64,000 nt of DNA from Geosiphon pyriformis uo1 (lineage: Eukaryota; Fungi; Glomeromycota), in NCBI GenBank assembly GCA_016748015.1, contig JAAOMT010000561.1, positions 132,026 to 196,025 on the forward strand. The letters are read 5' to 3'. The position numbers and the translations under genes were made by a program. The number at the start of each line of letters is the position of its first letter. The stretch's first letter is position 1. This document shows positions 28,682 to 41,400 of this stretch, one piece after another. The notes under the pieces were generated by a model. It did not search any database. It was not told the DNA's origin and saw nothing but the letters and a program-made list of their open reading frames with translations.

Positions 28682-30525
28682 ATGAGTGGTACTGGTGCTA
28701 AAAAAAGGTCGATCAGAGTTCCAACATCTGGTTCAGTTAGTAGTGGTTCAAGTCATAAGATCAAGAAACCTTCTAGTGGTGCTAAGCTATCAAATAATGG
28801 TGCGACTCTCAAAGGTAGTGGATCTGGTCAAGTGGTTGGGCAGTTTAATAGCATAGATACTGATAAGAAGGCTTCCGAAGGTAAAGGAGTATCTGATTCC
28901 AAGATAAATACACTTCAAGCCAAGCACTTCAATAATAGTGTGATTATTGGCTCCCTTTTTGGCTCTATTAATTATGACATGGAGGAGAAAAAAGAGATTT
29001 CTCTTCCCTTCCATAAGTCTTTTTCTTTGGATAAGGCATGGATTGATCCTAAAGTCATTAAAACTCAGGTGGAAGTAGCTGTAAAAAAATCTTTCACTTT
29101 GGACATCAATCTTTCGGCTATGAAAAGAAAATCAGCAACAGTCAAAATTCATGTTATAAGAAAATTATTTTTAGTAATCAATGGTTTTGGGAGAGCCATT
29201 ACCCCCTCAAAATTTGAAGAGATCATCAGATCTACCTTTACCTCTGAAGCAAGCATGGAAAAGGCCACCTCTTTGGCCAGAGAAAATAACATTATAGTAA
29301 ACAGCAATCTTAAGAGACAAGGAATTTGCTCAGATTAGGCCATAGCAATCAAAAAAATTTCCATAGATACGCCAAAAGAAATGATCATCACTGCAGTATC
29401 CAAGTTTGGACAAATTAAGTTGATCAAAATCCAACTTATTGGTTTATGGCAGAAGGCTGTGGTAGAATTTGCTGAATTGAAACAGGCTGTGTCTTTGGCT
29501 GCTAAGTAGTCTTTCCTAATTGGTAAAGACTCAGTTTGTGTGGCTATGGTGGTGGGTGATCATAATACTTGGGCTTCTAGAGATCAATTCAAGACACTTT
29601 TGTTTACTTTGCCTGTGGGAACAACTGTTTATAATCTCGGTAATCTATTGGATGGGGCTAGTAGAAAAAGTTGCATAATCAACCATTCCTTGGAGACTGG
29701 AAATAGGTTTCGTTGTGCTGTGGTTGGCTTTGAGTTTAATGAAATGCTGGAGTCTGCTTTTCACACGGAACCAATCCTTGGTGGTATGAAGCTTTCTTGG
29801 GTTAGATTGGATCTGGTTCAGTGTGAACAGTATAGAAAATTTGGTCATTCTACTTTGGAGTGTGATGTTGAGGTCACTTCTACTTTTAGATCTCCCAAGT
29901 CTTTTAAAAGGGTTGTTTCTGATGGGAATCGCCTCCAGTTGGCCGATTGTATGCAAAAAAAGATGTGCCTATTGCTCGACTGGTTGCTTTTGGTAGCAAA
30001 TTGTGGGTCCAAGTAGTCTCCCTTATACTTTCGTCTAATAATTCTCACTTTGGTTTTGATCCTGGTTTTGGCTCTCTTTCTTCTGGTGCCTCAGATGTGA
30101 TTGGTCTCTCTCCTCATATGATTCTTGCTAGTACATCCTTGGAGGCTTGTCTTGCTTCTTTGGAGCATTCTGTGGAGTTTCTTGTGGATAAGATATCTGG
30201 TATTGTGAGTAAACTTGATAATTTGGTCTTGGTGCCTTCCACTCTTACCTTTTCTTCTCAAAATTTGGTGGTTTCAGTCATGGCAAATGTGGGGTTTGAT
30301 TCGGACATGGCTTTGGATGATCCTAAGCCAGTACTTTTTCTCTCCCCTTTGGTTTTATTTAGTACTTCAGATTTAGGTTCGAGTAGTTCAAGAATTTTGA
30401 CCTCAAAAGTGGACTGTTTGAAGTCTAAGTTGATGGCTCTCGAGGCTTCAGTTTGTTCAGTTTTGGAGAAGTTAGATCAAATGTGTACTGGCTTGGGTTT
30501 TGCAGTTTCTTCTGTATCTCAATGA
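28682..30525 (+). pseudogene. LINE ORF1 (nucleic-acid-binding; decayed CCHC knuckle, C-terminal heptad-like region)
   Basis: ORF fragments 28547-29338, 29540-30016 and 29947-30525; CEQ(Y)RKFGHSTLEC knuckle. Confidence 0.8.
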
Positions 30526-33500
30526 GTAGTTTCATGTGGAAAATTGCGACATGCAATATCAGAAGAATGAACAATCCTGCTAAGCAAGCCGACATTATTC
30601 ATTGGCACAAAGATATAAACAATATGATTTCTATAGTTACTGAGACAAAGTTAAGGTGTAAGGTTTGCCCTTAGATTGTTAATAAGTTTTCTGGTGTGCG
30701 TGTGTTCATCTCTGGCTTGAATTTGGGTTATCTCGGTTCTGGTGTAGCTATCATTATGGATGTTGCTTTAGCCAAACATATGTATAGGATTTCTGAAGTT
30801 CCTGGTTGTCTTCTTGCTTTCAAGCTGTTTTTCAAGAACAAACTTTCTGTTTCTGTTTTAGGTCTGTATGCTGGTACATCTATGTCAATGTGTTTCTCAC
30901 AAGCTGATGAAATAAATGCTTTGATTGCTGATGCTGTGAATGAGTCTTCCTTTGTAATTTTGGGCAGTAACTTCAATGAGGATGGTTTTCGTAAGAGTGC
31001 CAGCTTCAAGAAGTGTGGTACATTAGGCCTGGTTAACTCCCTCGTCAATAGTGTATTTCTAAAAGTTCTAACATGGAGTAATTCTTGGAGTGTGATAAAA
31101 ACAATTGACTATCTGTTTGTATCTTCCAATTTGGTCAATGCTATAGTGGATCGCAGTGTCCTGGAGGTTAGTGGATTCTTTGATACTGACCACCAGTCTG
31201 TTTTGATGTCAGTCGGTTTGGGTGGATTGTTAGACATGCATCTGTGCTTGCTTCGCAAGCAGGCCAATAGGGATCACTGGAAGTATAATTTCAAAAATGC
31301 TGATGCCACTTTATAGTCAAAGTTCAAGGAAGCTATAGTGGCAAATTCTGCCTTGTTCACTGGTGGTTTCTTAGAAGCCAAAGAGTGTTTAGACTTAAAT
31401 GCTATGTGGGATGCTATTCATAGAACAATGTGTTTTTTGGCTAATGAGGTGTTTAAAAAAATATGGTTCAAAGAATATGATAGAGTTTTCACCAAATGTT
31501 CATCTAGATTTCATAGGTTGGAGCTTCTGGTTTTTAAATTGGTTAAAGCTTCTCGTTTGGTTGATTATAGTAAGTTTGTTTTACTGCTTGATATCTGGGA
31601 TTCTTTTGATTCCATTAATGCATTTGTGGTGAGGTCTCTTTTTCTCTCAGGGTTTCCTTTTAACAGCATTCGTTCAATTTTGTCCAAAGTCAGGAAATCC
31701 TATCATGCATCAAAATTGTTGGAATCAAAATGCACTGAGAATTTTCAGATCAGATCAGCTATTAATAAAAAGATAGAAAGTTTCGAATCAAACAAAGATT
31801 ATACTATTAGAAGTGTTCTGGAAAGACCTTTTTGCAAGGTGGTGTTAAATCATCTGGTTGTTGGGGATGAGATGATTTTGGAATCTGATCCTGTCAAATC
31901 TAAGATGGATGAGATCATAGAGGGTTGAACATGGAGACATAGTGTAGTTCTGGATGTTAATAATGAATGGTCTCATCAATATCAACCATTAGAATATGTT
32001 TTTGATGATGCTTTTGCTGACACTATGGGCTGTGTAAACTTCGATGTTTTGTTTAGTGTGGTTTCAGACCTGCTTGATGGTAAAACCACTGAACTCTTGG
32101 GCATCTCTAATAAACTGTGGAAAAATTGTGACAAATCTGTTCTTGATATGCTTTTAGTGCTTATTAATTTCTGTTTCTCAAGTGAATTAGTGCCTAGTGC
32201 TTGAAAAGAGGCATGAGTCTCAATGATTCCTAAACCACATAAATGGGAGGGAGTCCTTATGAATACTCATCCTATTGTCTTGATTGAGACGGCCCATAAA
32301 ATTTTCTCTAAAATTCTCTCCAATAGGATCTCATTAGTGTGCAGCAAGTTTGATGTTCTCTGTGGGGACAATTTTTTCATTCTCAAGGGTACTATGACAC
32401 AGTCTCTTATCTTTGCTATAGATTTGGTAGTCAAAGATGCTCTAAAAAAGAACCGAAAGCTCTGGCTAGTTTTGTAAGACATGAGAAAGGCATACGATTC
32501 TGTTGGTTGGGAGCACCTTGAAAAGAGTCTGGTTAGAATCAAAATGTGTGGCAGCTTCATCCGCTTCTTTAAGTGTATTCACGTGGGTTGTACCAATCAG
32601 ATCATGACTGATTTTGGTTTAACTGATGGCTACCATGTCTATAATAGTTTGGATTAGGATGAAGTTTTCTTCCCTCTTTTGTGGCATATTTTTTATAATC
32701 CTCTTTTATGCAAAATCAAAAGACAGGAGAGTGTGTATGGATACAGATTAGTGTCCCATTATATATTGAAAAATGGTTGTGCTGAATCTCAGGCTGGCCT
32801 TTCTTTGTTTCTTGCCACCAGTGCCTTTGTTAATGATACAATCTGAGTTGGGAGCAATCAAACTGTTACTCAACATATTCTAGATATGGCTAGTGAGTTT
32901 TACTGAATCAATGACATCTCTATTAACAATGATAAAACTATGGCAATTCCAATCAACTGCCACATTGATAGACCTTTTCTTTTCATCAGTGGGGTGCTGA
33001 TTACCATTGCCAGAAAAAGGAAGTCCCATCATTATCTGGGTATCTTTTTTTTGACTGAAGATCTCTCAAAGTCCAGTCTGGTAAAAGCTCATTTGGACAT
33101 TCGTTTCTTTTCCAATATGGTGCTCAAAAAGGCTGTCTCTGATAAACAATTTTTGTATTTGGTGTCTGCTGTTCTGTATCTTATTGTCAGCTTTAGAACA
33201 CAGTTTAGTTTTATACTGGTTAGTGTGTGTCACAAGTGAGATGCTCTAATCAGAAAGAGCTTGAAGTTGAAATCAGGTTTACTGTCTGACTTCCCTAGTA
33301 ATACAATACACCACCCGTTTTTTTATGGTTTGAAATTCTTCATCCAAATTCAGTTAGAGGGCAAGGTGACGTCCCTTATTTGTTTTGCAAACTCTGGTGG
33401 TGTTTTGGGTCATTTATTTTCTCACAGGTTCTATGACTTGTAAGTTTTATGTTGGCATCCTGTCCATCCTTTGTGTCTTCCTGTCTACATTTATGTTAGT

Positions 33501-35210
33501 CCTTCCAACAATTTCCTTACAGACTTGGTTTGCATTCTTCTTAAAAACAGTTTATCTTTGGGTGGTTATTTGGGCAACTCTTTTCTGTTACGTGGTGGGG
33601 TACCAATATCTACTGTTCTCAGTGAATCAAAATTTTTCCAGTTCCTTCCTTCTCTCTAATGACATGACATTGCCTTCATGAACCAAATCCATAATCACTG
33701 TGGTCTCGTTTTTGATTGGCTTACCTTCAAGCAGTAGAAGAGACTGGACCCATGTGGTCTTGTTCCTAAGTGGTTTCAGCTTTCAACTATGTTTCTCAGT
33801 GAAGTGGTATCTATTCCTTCATGTCCTTCTGCTTTGGATGCTGTTGGCCTTCCTAGTATTGTCTCTTCTCAAAGTCTCAATTTTATTCATTGTTAACTCT
33901 CTCTTGTTGTTGCTGATGCTATTTCAGTGTACACAGATGGGTCTCTTAAAGGCTTAGGCACGTCTGGCTGTAGAACTGGTGCTGGAGTTTTTTTTAAGGA
34001 CATTGGTTTGGGGTTAGGTGTTAGTGTTTTGGGTTCGATGTCGTCAACTTTGGCTGAAATGCAGGCCATTGCTTTGGCTCTGGAATGTGTCCCTCCTTCC
34101 AGTTTCATTTGTTTGTTTTTTGACAGTTAATCTGCTTTGGATGCATGTAAATCAGAACTTGGTCTGATATGTCCAGATTTTCGCAATCAGTGTTGGATTA
34201 AACGTCAGCACATTGTGAACATTATTTGGAATAATAATTTAAGGGTGGATTGATACAAGGTGAAGAGTCACTCCAGAATTTTGGGAAATGACCGAGCTAA
34301 TATGATTGCTGATGCTGTCTCTTTTTCTGCCTGGTGCCTTTTTCCATACTTAAATAAACGTTTCTTGATAGCTAATAGTGGTGTGGTCTCTGCCAACTCT
34401 AGACACTTTGTTTGAGATATTTTTTGTTCCATTAATTGTGTTCACTGGGAAGTTGGGTCAGGTTCAAAGTTCTTGCCTGATAGTTTACTTTCTGATGTTG
34501 ATTGACATTGCTCCTCATTTGTATGGCATTCTGACTCGCATATGGCCTCTGGGTTTATTAGCAAGTTTTCGATGGATCTTCACACTTATTTTATGAAAGC
34601 TTTGCACCACTGGCTACCAGTGGCTGTTCGCAAGCGTCTCTATGACAGGCGTTATCCCAGTGTGTTGTGTTTACATTGTGGTGAAGTGGAGGTGTCGGAT
34701 CATGTTTTTGTCTGTGAATTTGATTGTGGTGCTTGTTGTTGAATTTTAGACTCCTACGTAAGCTCTTGGAGTGCGCTTTCTGGTTTATCTGTTTCTTCTT
34801 CTGGTGTTTTGCAGTTGTTGTTTACTTGTGTCTCAGATGTTTCTGTGTCTATGGCCCTGTTTAAGGATTTTGTTTTTGATGGGTGGTATCATGAAGCCGT
34901 TTTTTTTAGTTCTGACCCCAAGCTTGCTCATTTGAGGATTGTTGAGTTTGTTTGGTCTCTTGGTGCTGCTTTCAGAACCAAAGTTTGGTTGGTTTGTGTT
35001 AAATATTATGTATTCATGGAGAAGAATGACCATATCTTATCGGACGGGTCAGTTCCTGTCCTGATTTCTGGTTTGGGTTCTAAATTCTCAGTGGAAGTAG
35101 TCAGGTTGCTGGGTGTTGCTGAAGCTATAGGTGTTCATTTTGGATATTATAAACAGTGTGTGTTTTTTTCTGGTGTTGATAATTCTGTTGTAGTTCATAT
35201 AAATGTATAG
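30522..35210 (+). pseudogene. LINE ORF2: AP endonuclease, reverse transcriptase, RNase H and C-terminal zinc finger
   Basis: IATCNIR, VTETKL, IDYLFVS and DTDH (APE); DMRKAYDSV and AFV(N)DT (RT); YTDGS, AEMQAI and KVKSHS..GND (RNase H); CLHCGEVEVSDHVFVC. Confidence 0.92.
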
Positions 35211-35479
35211 TATTGTCCTGATTAGTTTGAGTGACTGGTCACATGTGGAAATACATATGATTTATATCTAGTTTAGATTATTTCTTTGATGTATTATTTT
35301 AGGCAGTATTTGGGCCTTATTCGTAAAACATTAATAAAAAAAAAAAAAAATTTTCAGAAACTAATAATTTATAATATAATCTAAAGCAATTTTATTTAAT
35401 TTATATACTGTTTTTAATAGTAAATTATAAGCATCAAATATTATAAATATATCTTACTAAGTTTATTTATAATATTAAA

Positions 35480-37700
35480 TATTATTAAACTTATTTATAA
35501 TTTATAGGTTAATATTAAACTTTAAATTAGTTTTTATGATAATAAAAATTATATTATTAGATTCTATATGCTAATAAAAACATTTTTTTGCTTAGCTAGA
35601 TTGTTTATATTTTTGATATTATATATAGTTACTTTTTAAATAAACTTACTTATTAAAAAATATAAAGTACTAAAAAACTTGAAACAGCATATATTAGATC
35701 TAATTTTATTAAAATTTAATCAATTAAAACTTTTAAAACAACTATTTTTGATTTTAGACTTCTTATTTTAGAGGTTAGAACTTTTAAATTACTTGAACTT
35801 ATAATTAAAAATTCTAACACATTTATTGTAAAGAAAGAAAAAACACAAATAGAATATTAATAATTATTCTTAAATCTAACTTTAAATCAAAAATTGGTAT
35901 TTTAGCTTAAAGAAAAAAAAACAATAAAAACACAAAAAACTCACTTTATATTATTTAATTTATAAAAAATACTTAATATTTAATCTGTTAAAGACTACAA
36001 AAAGCATTTTAGTAATGCCAAAAAAACATTAATAAATAAAATTAACAAACTAGTATTTAAGAAAAAAGCACTAGAAAAGATATTAACATAAAATTATAAA
36101 AAATAACAAAAAAAACAGCTGTTAAAAAAATTATTTGTGTTTAGAACTTGTTTTCAAAAACTGCAAATCATATAATAAAAACATTTTTTTTAACATAAAG
36201 TTAAGTCAGTTAAAGATAATTCTTATTTAAAATAGATTTTTTATAAAATTTTTTTACAACAAAAACAAATAAGCCTGCAAAATTACATTTAAAAAAAAAG
36301 TGCTTAAAATATTCATATTTTTTACAACAAATCAAACTTAATTTAGTTCAAGAAAAATTTATATTACCAAAAATTAGCTCTATATAAAAAGCCAACTCTA
36401 AGTTATTATTTAACTTAAACCAACTACAATATAATAAATTTTATTGTTAATCTTAATTATATATGTTTTTTTATTAGCTTTTTTTAACAAAAAACCAAGA
36501 TTATAAACAATTATTTTTATAGGCAGAGTAAACAAAAGCACTTTAAATTAATTTTTAAACATAAAAACGTCACAATTTTTTATAGTTTTGGTCACATATA
36601 CTGAATTTTTTTTAATTAAAAATAATTACTTAGATGTCAAAAAATTAGCTTAATTTGATTTAAAAAATTTTATTATAGTTTTCTGTTATAATCTAATTAA
36701 TTGTAATTGAATTAATACTATTTAACTATACTTAATTATTATAGTAATAATTATATCTTTTAATATATTTATACTGATTGGCCTGAATGACTGGTCATGT
36801 GTAGAAAAAGCATGATTCACTCCTAGTTTAAATTATTTATATGATGTATAATTCTAGGTCGCGTTTGGACTTTACTTGTTAAATATAATAAAAAATATAT
36901 ATATTTATAGAAATTTTTTTAATAATTACAGTCTAATTTGATTATTGTTTACAATAATATCATTTTTTTTAGTTAATAATGTGATTTTTTCTAATATAAA
37001 CATAAATTTAATGATTTTTTTAAATTTTAAGAAAGTAGTAATTTTCTCAAAACCACTTATTTTTGAAAAAATTTTCTTAATAATTTGTACTTTTATTATA
37101 GATAATTTTTTTTTAATAGCTAAAAAATTAATATTCAAAGTAAAAAATTTTTTAATAAAAATTTTTATCTAAGTTTTTATAATCTTAAAATTAATTTATT
37201 TTTTGTTCAAAAAATATTAAAAAAAAATAAGAGAAATTTATTATTGTCTTTTATTTTGAAATTAAGAGAACCAAAAAAAAATCATAATTTAAATTAATAT
37301 TTACTTTCTTGGCTTTAAGAATAATAGTAGTTAAATTTAAAAGAAATCTATTATTAATATTAATCAAAAAACTATTGCTTTTACTATTATTAGATTTACT
37401 GTTTATATTCAAATAAATACTACTATTAGAACTAAACTTAATTAAAAAACATTATTTTTATTATCAGAATATTTAATATTACTAAAAATAACTCTTTTCT
37501 TTTAAAAAAAAGTCATTAATAAGATTATAAAAAGTTTTTTTAAACATTTTTTTTTAGATATATTATTACTAAAAGCAGTTTTCAAGTCTATTACAAATGA
37601 ATTATTTACTTAAAAAATATTGAATAATAAATTACAAAAAAAATTAAAAACTTTTTTTTTACAAATATGCTTTTTAAGAATTTTTAGACATAAAAAAAAA
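35480..37700 (-). mobile_element. Heavily decayed LINE ORF1/5' region
   Basis: ORF 36926-37138 (IIKKIFSKISGFEKITTFLKFKKII) aligns with ORF1 (IRKLFLVINGFGRAITPSKFEEII); QLIG.WQK remnant near 36690. Confidence 0.7.
36774..36898 (+). mobile_element. ~125-bp retroposed LINE 3' terminus (5'-truncated LINE or SINE-like) with TSD
   Basis: Aligns with 35218-35345; A-rich tail; flanked by ATATATTTATA at 36763-36773 and 36899-36909. Confidence 0.75.
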
Positions 37701-38409
37701 GAAATTTTTGGATTTTTATGGTTTTAAATTAAAAAAACATTTTAAACAATTGTAAAAATAGTTTTTAAAAAATCTTATTAATAATAAATAAATTTTAAAT
37801 TAATCTTTAAAAAATATATATATATATATATTACAATTAAAATTTAAAAAATAATTTATATTATAATATTAATAAAATTTTTTTTTAATATAATATTAAT
37901 ATTATCACACAAATAAAATTAAGAAACTTATAAAAAATTAATTATAATTAAAACAATTTATTATATACATATTTTTTAATATATATTATAAATTAATATG
38001 TAAAATTTTTTAATAATCTAAAAAAAATAACAAATTAAAATTTTTAAAATATAATATATTTTAATATTGATAATCTCTGTTATTAAATTCTAAAAATAAA
38101 ATATTTTTTATTAACAAATACAGAATATTAAACATTCAATTCATTTTTTAAATAACACATCATGTGACAAAGTAACAATTATCTAAAATAGTTACCAGAT
38201 CAATTTCTAATAATTGTTTTTTCCCACAATAAAAGCCACTTGTAAAAAAAAATATAATAACACTGGACTCTACTAAAATCAAATCAGTGACTCTTTCTTC
38301 GGCTTCCCCAGCAACTGAAAGAAATTTTCGTTCACGTTATTTTGCTCTTTTTCCTTTGTTCTGTCTCTTGGTTGCCGTGTTCGTGGGAAATTATTACAAT
38401 TTTCTCAAA

Positions 38410-41400
38410 ATGCCTCATACATCGACACGACAAGTATTGCCTACCGATGTTAAGCCAACTCATTATAATTTGACACTGTCTCCCGATTTGGAGACTTTTA
38501 CCTTTAAAGGGACTGAGGCCATTAAGTGAGTCGGTACATGTTGAAGTTCCTTTCTTATATAGTGCGAATTTCAGTGGAGCAATAGTACCATTGTTACCTA
38601 ACCCCATGACTGCGGTTATTGGGGAATGCTACGGGCTGGTCTGGACACATGCTAACCCCATGACTGCGGGTTATTGGGGAAAGGCTGCGGGCTGCATGTG
38701 TCCCTTTGGTACATCTTGTCAGCGCCCTACAGTTTTCTGGCCTGGGGTAGAATTTAGGAAGAAAGGCCAGGAAACAATGGTTGAATTCTTAATAAATCTT
38801 TAAAAATGTAATTCAATAGCCTCACTGTTAAACACGAAACCAGCCAAATTACACTTAATGCTTACCAAATTGAAATCCAAGCTGCAAGATTGGACGTTAG
38901 TTCAAATTTATCCGAAAGGTATTATAAAATCAAAAGAATCTTGGATGTTGTAATTATGTCGCTTCACGTTTTTCTTCGTTCCATACTCTAAATAGCTAAT
39001 TTTTATATAGCCTTAATTCAACAGATATATCTTATGATTACCAAAAACAGACTGTAACTTTTACTTTTCCAAGTAAACTTGCAGCCGGGACTAATGTCCT
39101 TCTCAATGTTGAATTTACTGGAATTTTGAATGACAAAATGGCCGGATTCTACCGTAGTTCTTATACTGATCACACTGGCCAAAAGAAGTGTGTTTTTTGC
39201 ATTCATTCGTGAAAAAGCTTTGGATGACTCGAAATTTCATTCATCAGAAAATGATCACTAAATTATTTCAATTTGATCGAATTAGGTATCTAGCCACAAC
39301 TCAGTTTGAAGCGACTGATGCCCGTCGAGCTTTTCCTTGCTGGGATGAGCCGGCCATCAAAGCTACTTTTGATATTACTTTGGTAGTCCCTTCTGATCTA
39401 GTTGCTTTGAGCAATATGAATGTAGTATCTGAATCTCCAATCCCCAACGGCAAGAAAGAAGTGAAATTCGCCACAACCCCGATTATGAGTACATACGTAC
39501 GAACAATATTTTGAATGCATCTCCGCCTTTTATGTATTCAAATGGTTATCTTATTACTTATAATGCAACAGCTTGTTGCATTTATTGCAGGGGATTTAGC
39601 ATACGTTGAGAAAACTACTACTGGGGTTAATAACGGTGGTCAATCTGTTCTCATTCGTGTCTATGCAACCAAGGGATTAGAGCAACAAGGGCAGTTCGCT
39701 TTGGGTGTTGCTACTGATACATTGGAATATTTTGCTCAAGGTACCAATTTCAACATTCTAACGGCTACTCTTTAATTTGAACAAATATTAAAAAGATATT
39801 ATCATTATAAAGTTTTCGGCATACCCTATCCCTTGCCAAAACTAGACATGATAGCTATTCCAGATTTCGAAGCAGGTAAGATCTTTCTTAAAATCATCCC
39901 CAGATTGATAAACTGGCTTGAAAATAGTTTCCGACAAAATTAGGTGCCATGGAAAATTGGGGTCTCGTTACATACCGTACTGCTGCAATTTTATTTGATC
40001 CCAAGGCTTCTGATGCAAAAAACAAGCAGCGCATTGCATATACTGTGGCTCATGAGTTGGCCCACCAATGGTTCGGAAATCTTGTCACTATGGAATGGTT
40101 CGTCATAATTTAAATATTGAAAATTACCTTCTCCCTGAATGTGAAGTATTGATTTGGCTCTTTCTCAGGTGGGACCACCTTTGGCTCAATGAAGGATTTG
40201 CAACCTGGGTTGGTTATCTTGCCATCGATAAACTTTTTCCATCATGGGATATTTGGACCCAGTAAGCTTAAATTATTTCCAGGATGTATATTCTGAACAA
40301 TATCTTCTAATTAATTCGAAATGTGATAAGATTCGTGACTGAAGGTTTTCAAAGAGGTCTTCACCTTGATGCTTTAAGATCATCTCATCCTATAGAAGTT
40401 CCTGTGAATGATCCAAGGTATATTCGAAGTTTTTTTTATCAATGTTAGCCAATTTATATTCATAAGCATTTATATTTTTTGAAACAGTGAAATCAATCAA
40501 ATTTTTGACGCAATCAGTTACTACAAAGGAGCCTCAGTAATTAGAATGTTGAGCTCCTATTTAGGAGAAGACGTATTTTTAGCCGGAATCAGAAGATATT
40601 TAAAAGCCCACGTATATGGTAATGCGAGTACTGATGATCTATGGAGAAGTTTGGAAGAGGAAAGTGGCGTTGATGTTGGGAAATTTATGACAGTATGGAC
40701 TAGAAAAATTGGGGTGAGTAAGTGCGATGTTTCTATTCAGTTCAAATGGTAATTAATAAGGTCATTTGATAAAATTTAGTATCCGGTATTGAATGTTACT
40801 GAGTCCGCTCCGAATAAATTGCACATTCGGCAATCTCGATATTTATCTGCCGGCGATGTCCAACCAGAAGAGGATGAAAACATTTGGTGGGTGCCTCTGG
40901 GAATTCAAAAGAGCATTTCCAGCCCTCTCAGTGATAAGGCAGAAGTTCTCGCAGAAAAAGAAGCCGAGTTTACATTGCCGGGAACAGGGCCAGATTTTTA
41001 TAAGCTTAATGCACGAGAAGTAGGCGTTTTCCGTGTAAATTACCCACCTGAGCGATTGGCTAAACTAGGAAAAGCTGTTAAGAACAATGAGATTACAAAC
41101 ACTAGCGATCGTGTTGGTGTGATTGCTGATGCTGCGGCGTTGGCTGTTAGTGGATATGGAAAGACCAGTGGTTTCCTGACCTTGGTGAAAGAATTTGAAA
41201 ACGAGGATAAATTCATGTAAGTTATGGAAAAAATGTTGAGCAAATATTAATATTTAATAAAATAAATTTTCTTATTCGTCAGTGTTTGGTCAGAAATCAA
41301 TTCTCGTATCACCGCTCTTACCTCGGTTTGGTTCGAACAACCTGAGAACGTTTACCAAGGGCTTTTGTCTTTTGAACGAAAACTAGTTTCAAAACTGGTT

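Larger units (their letters stand above)
28543..35350 (+). mobile_element. Full-length LINE (~6.8 kb) with 5' UTR, ORF1, ORF2, 3' UTR and poly(A); inactivated by point mutations
   Basis: Poly(A) at about 35336-35350; TSD AAAA(A)TTTTCA at 28532-28542 and about 35347-35356; the flanks rejoin to match the unoccupied paralogous site near 16730. Confidence 0.92.

Noticed and set aside
38564-38790. Intronic RNA as RNase P/MRP (GAATTTCAGTGGAGC resembles CR-I), telomerase template (CTAACCC), Y RNA (GGCTGGTC) or H/ACA snoRNA
   Set aside because: Each resemblance is one short motif; the partner elements (CR-V, a full CTAACCCTAA template, Ro-binding 3' strand, H box) are missing
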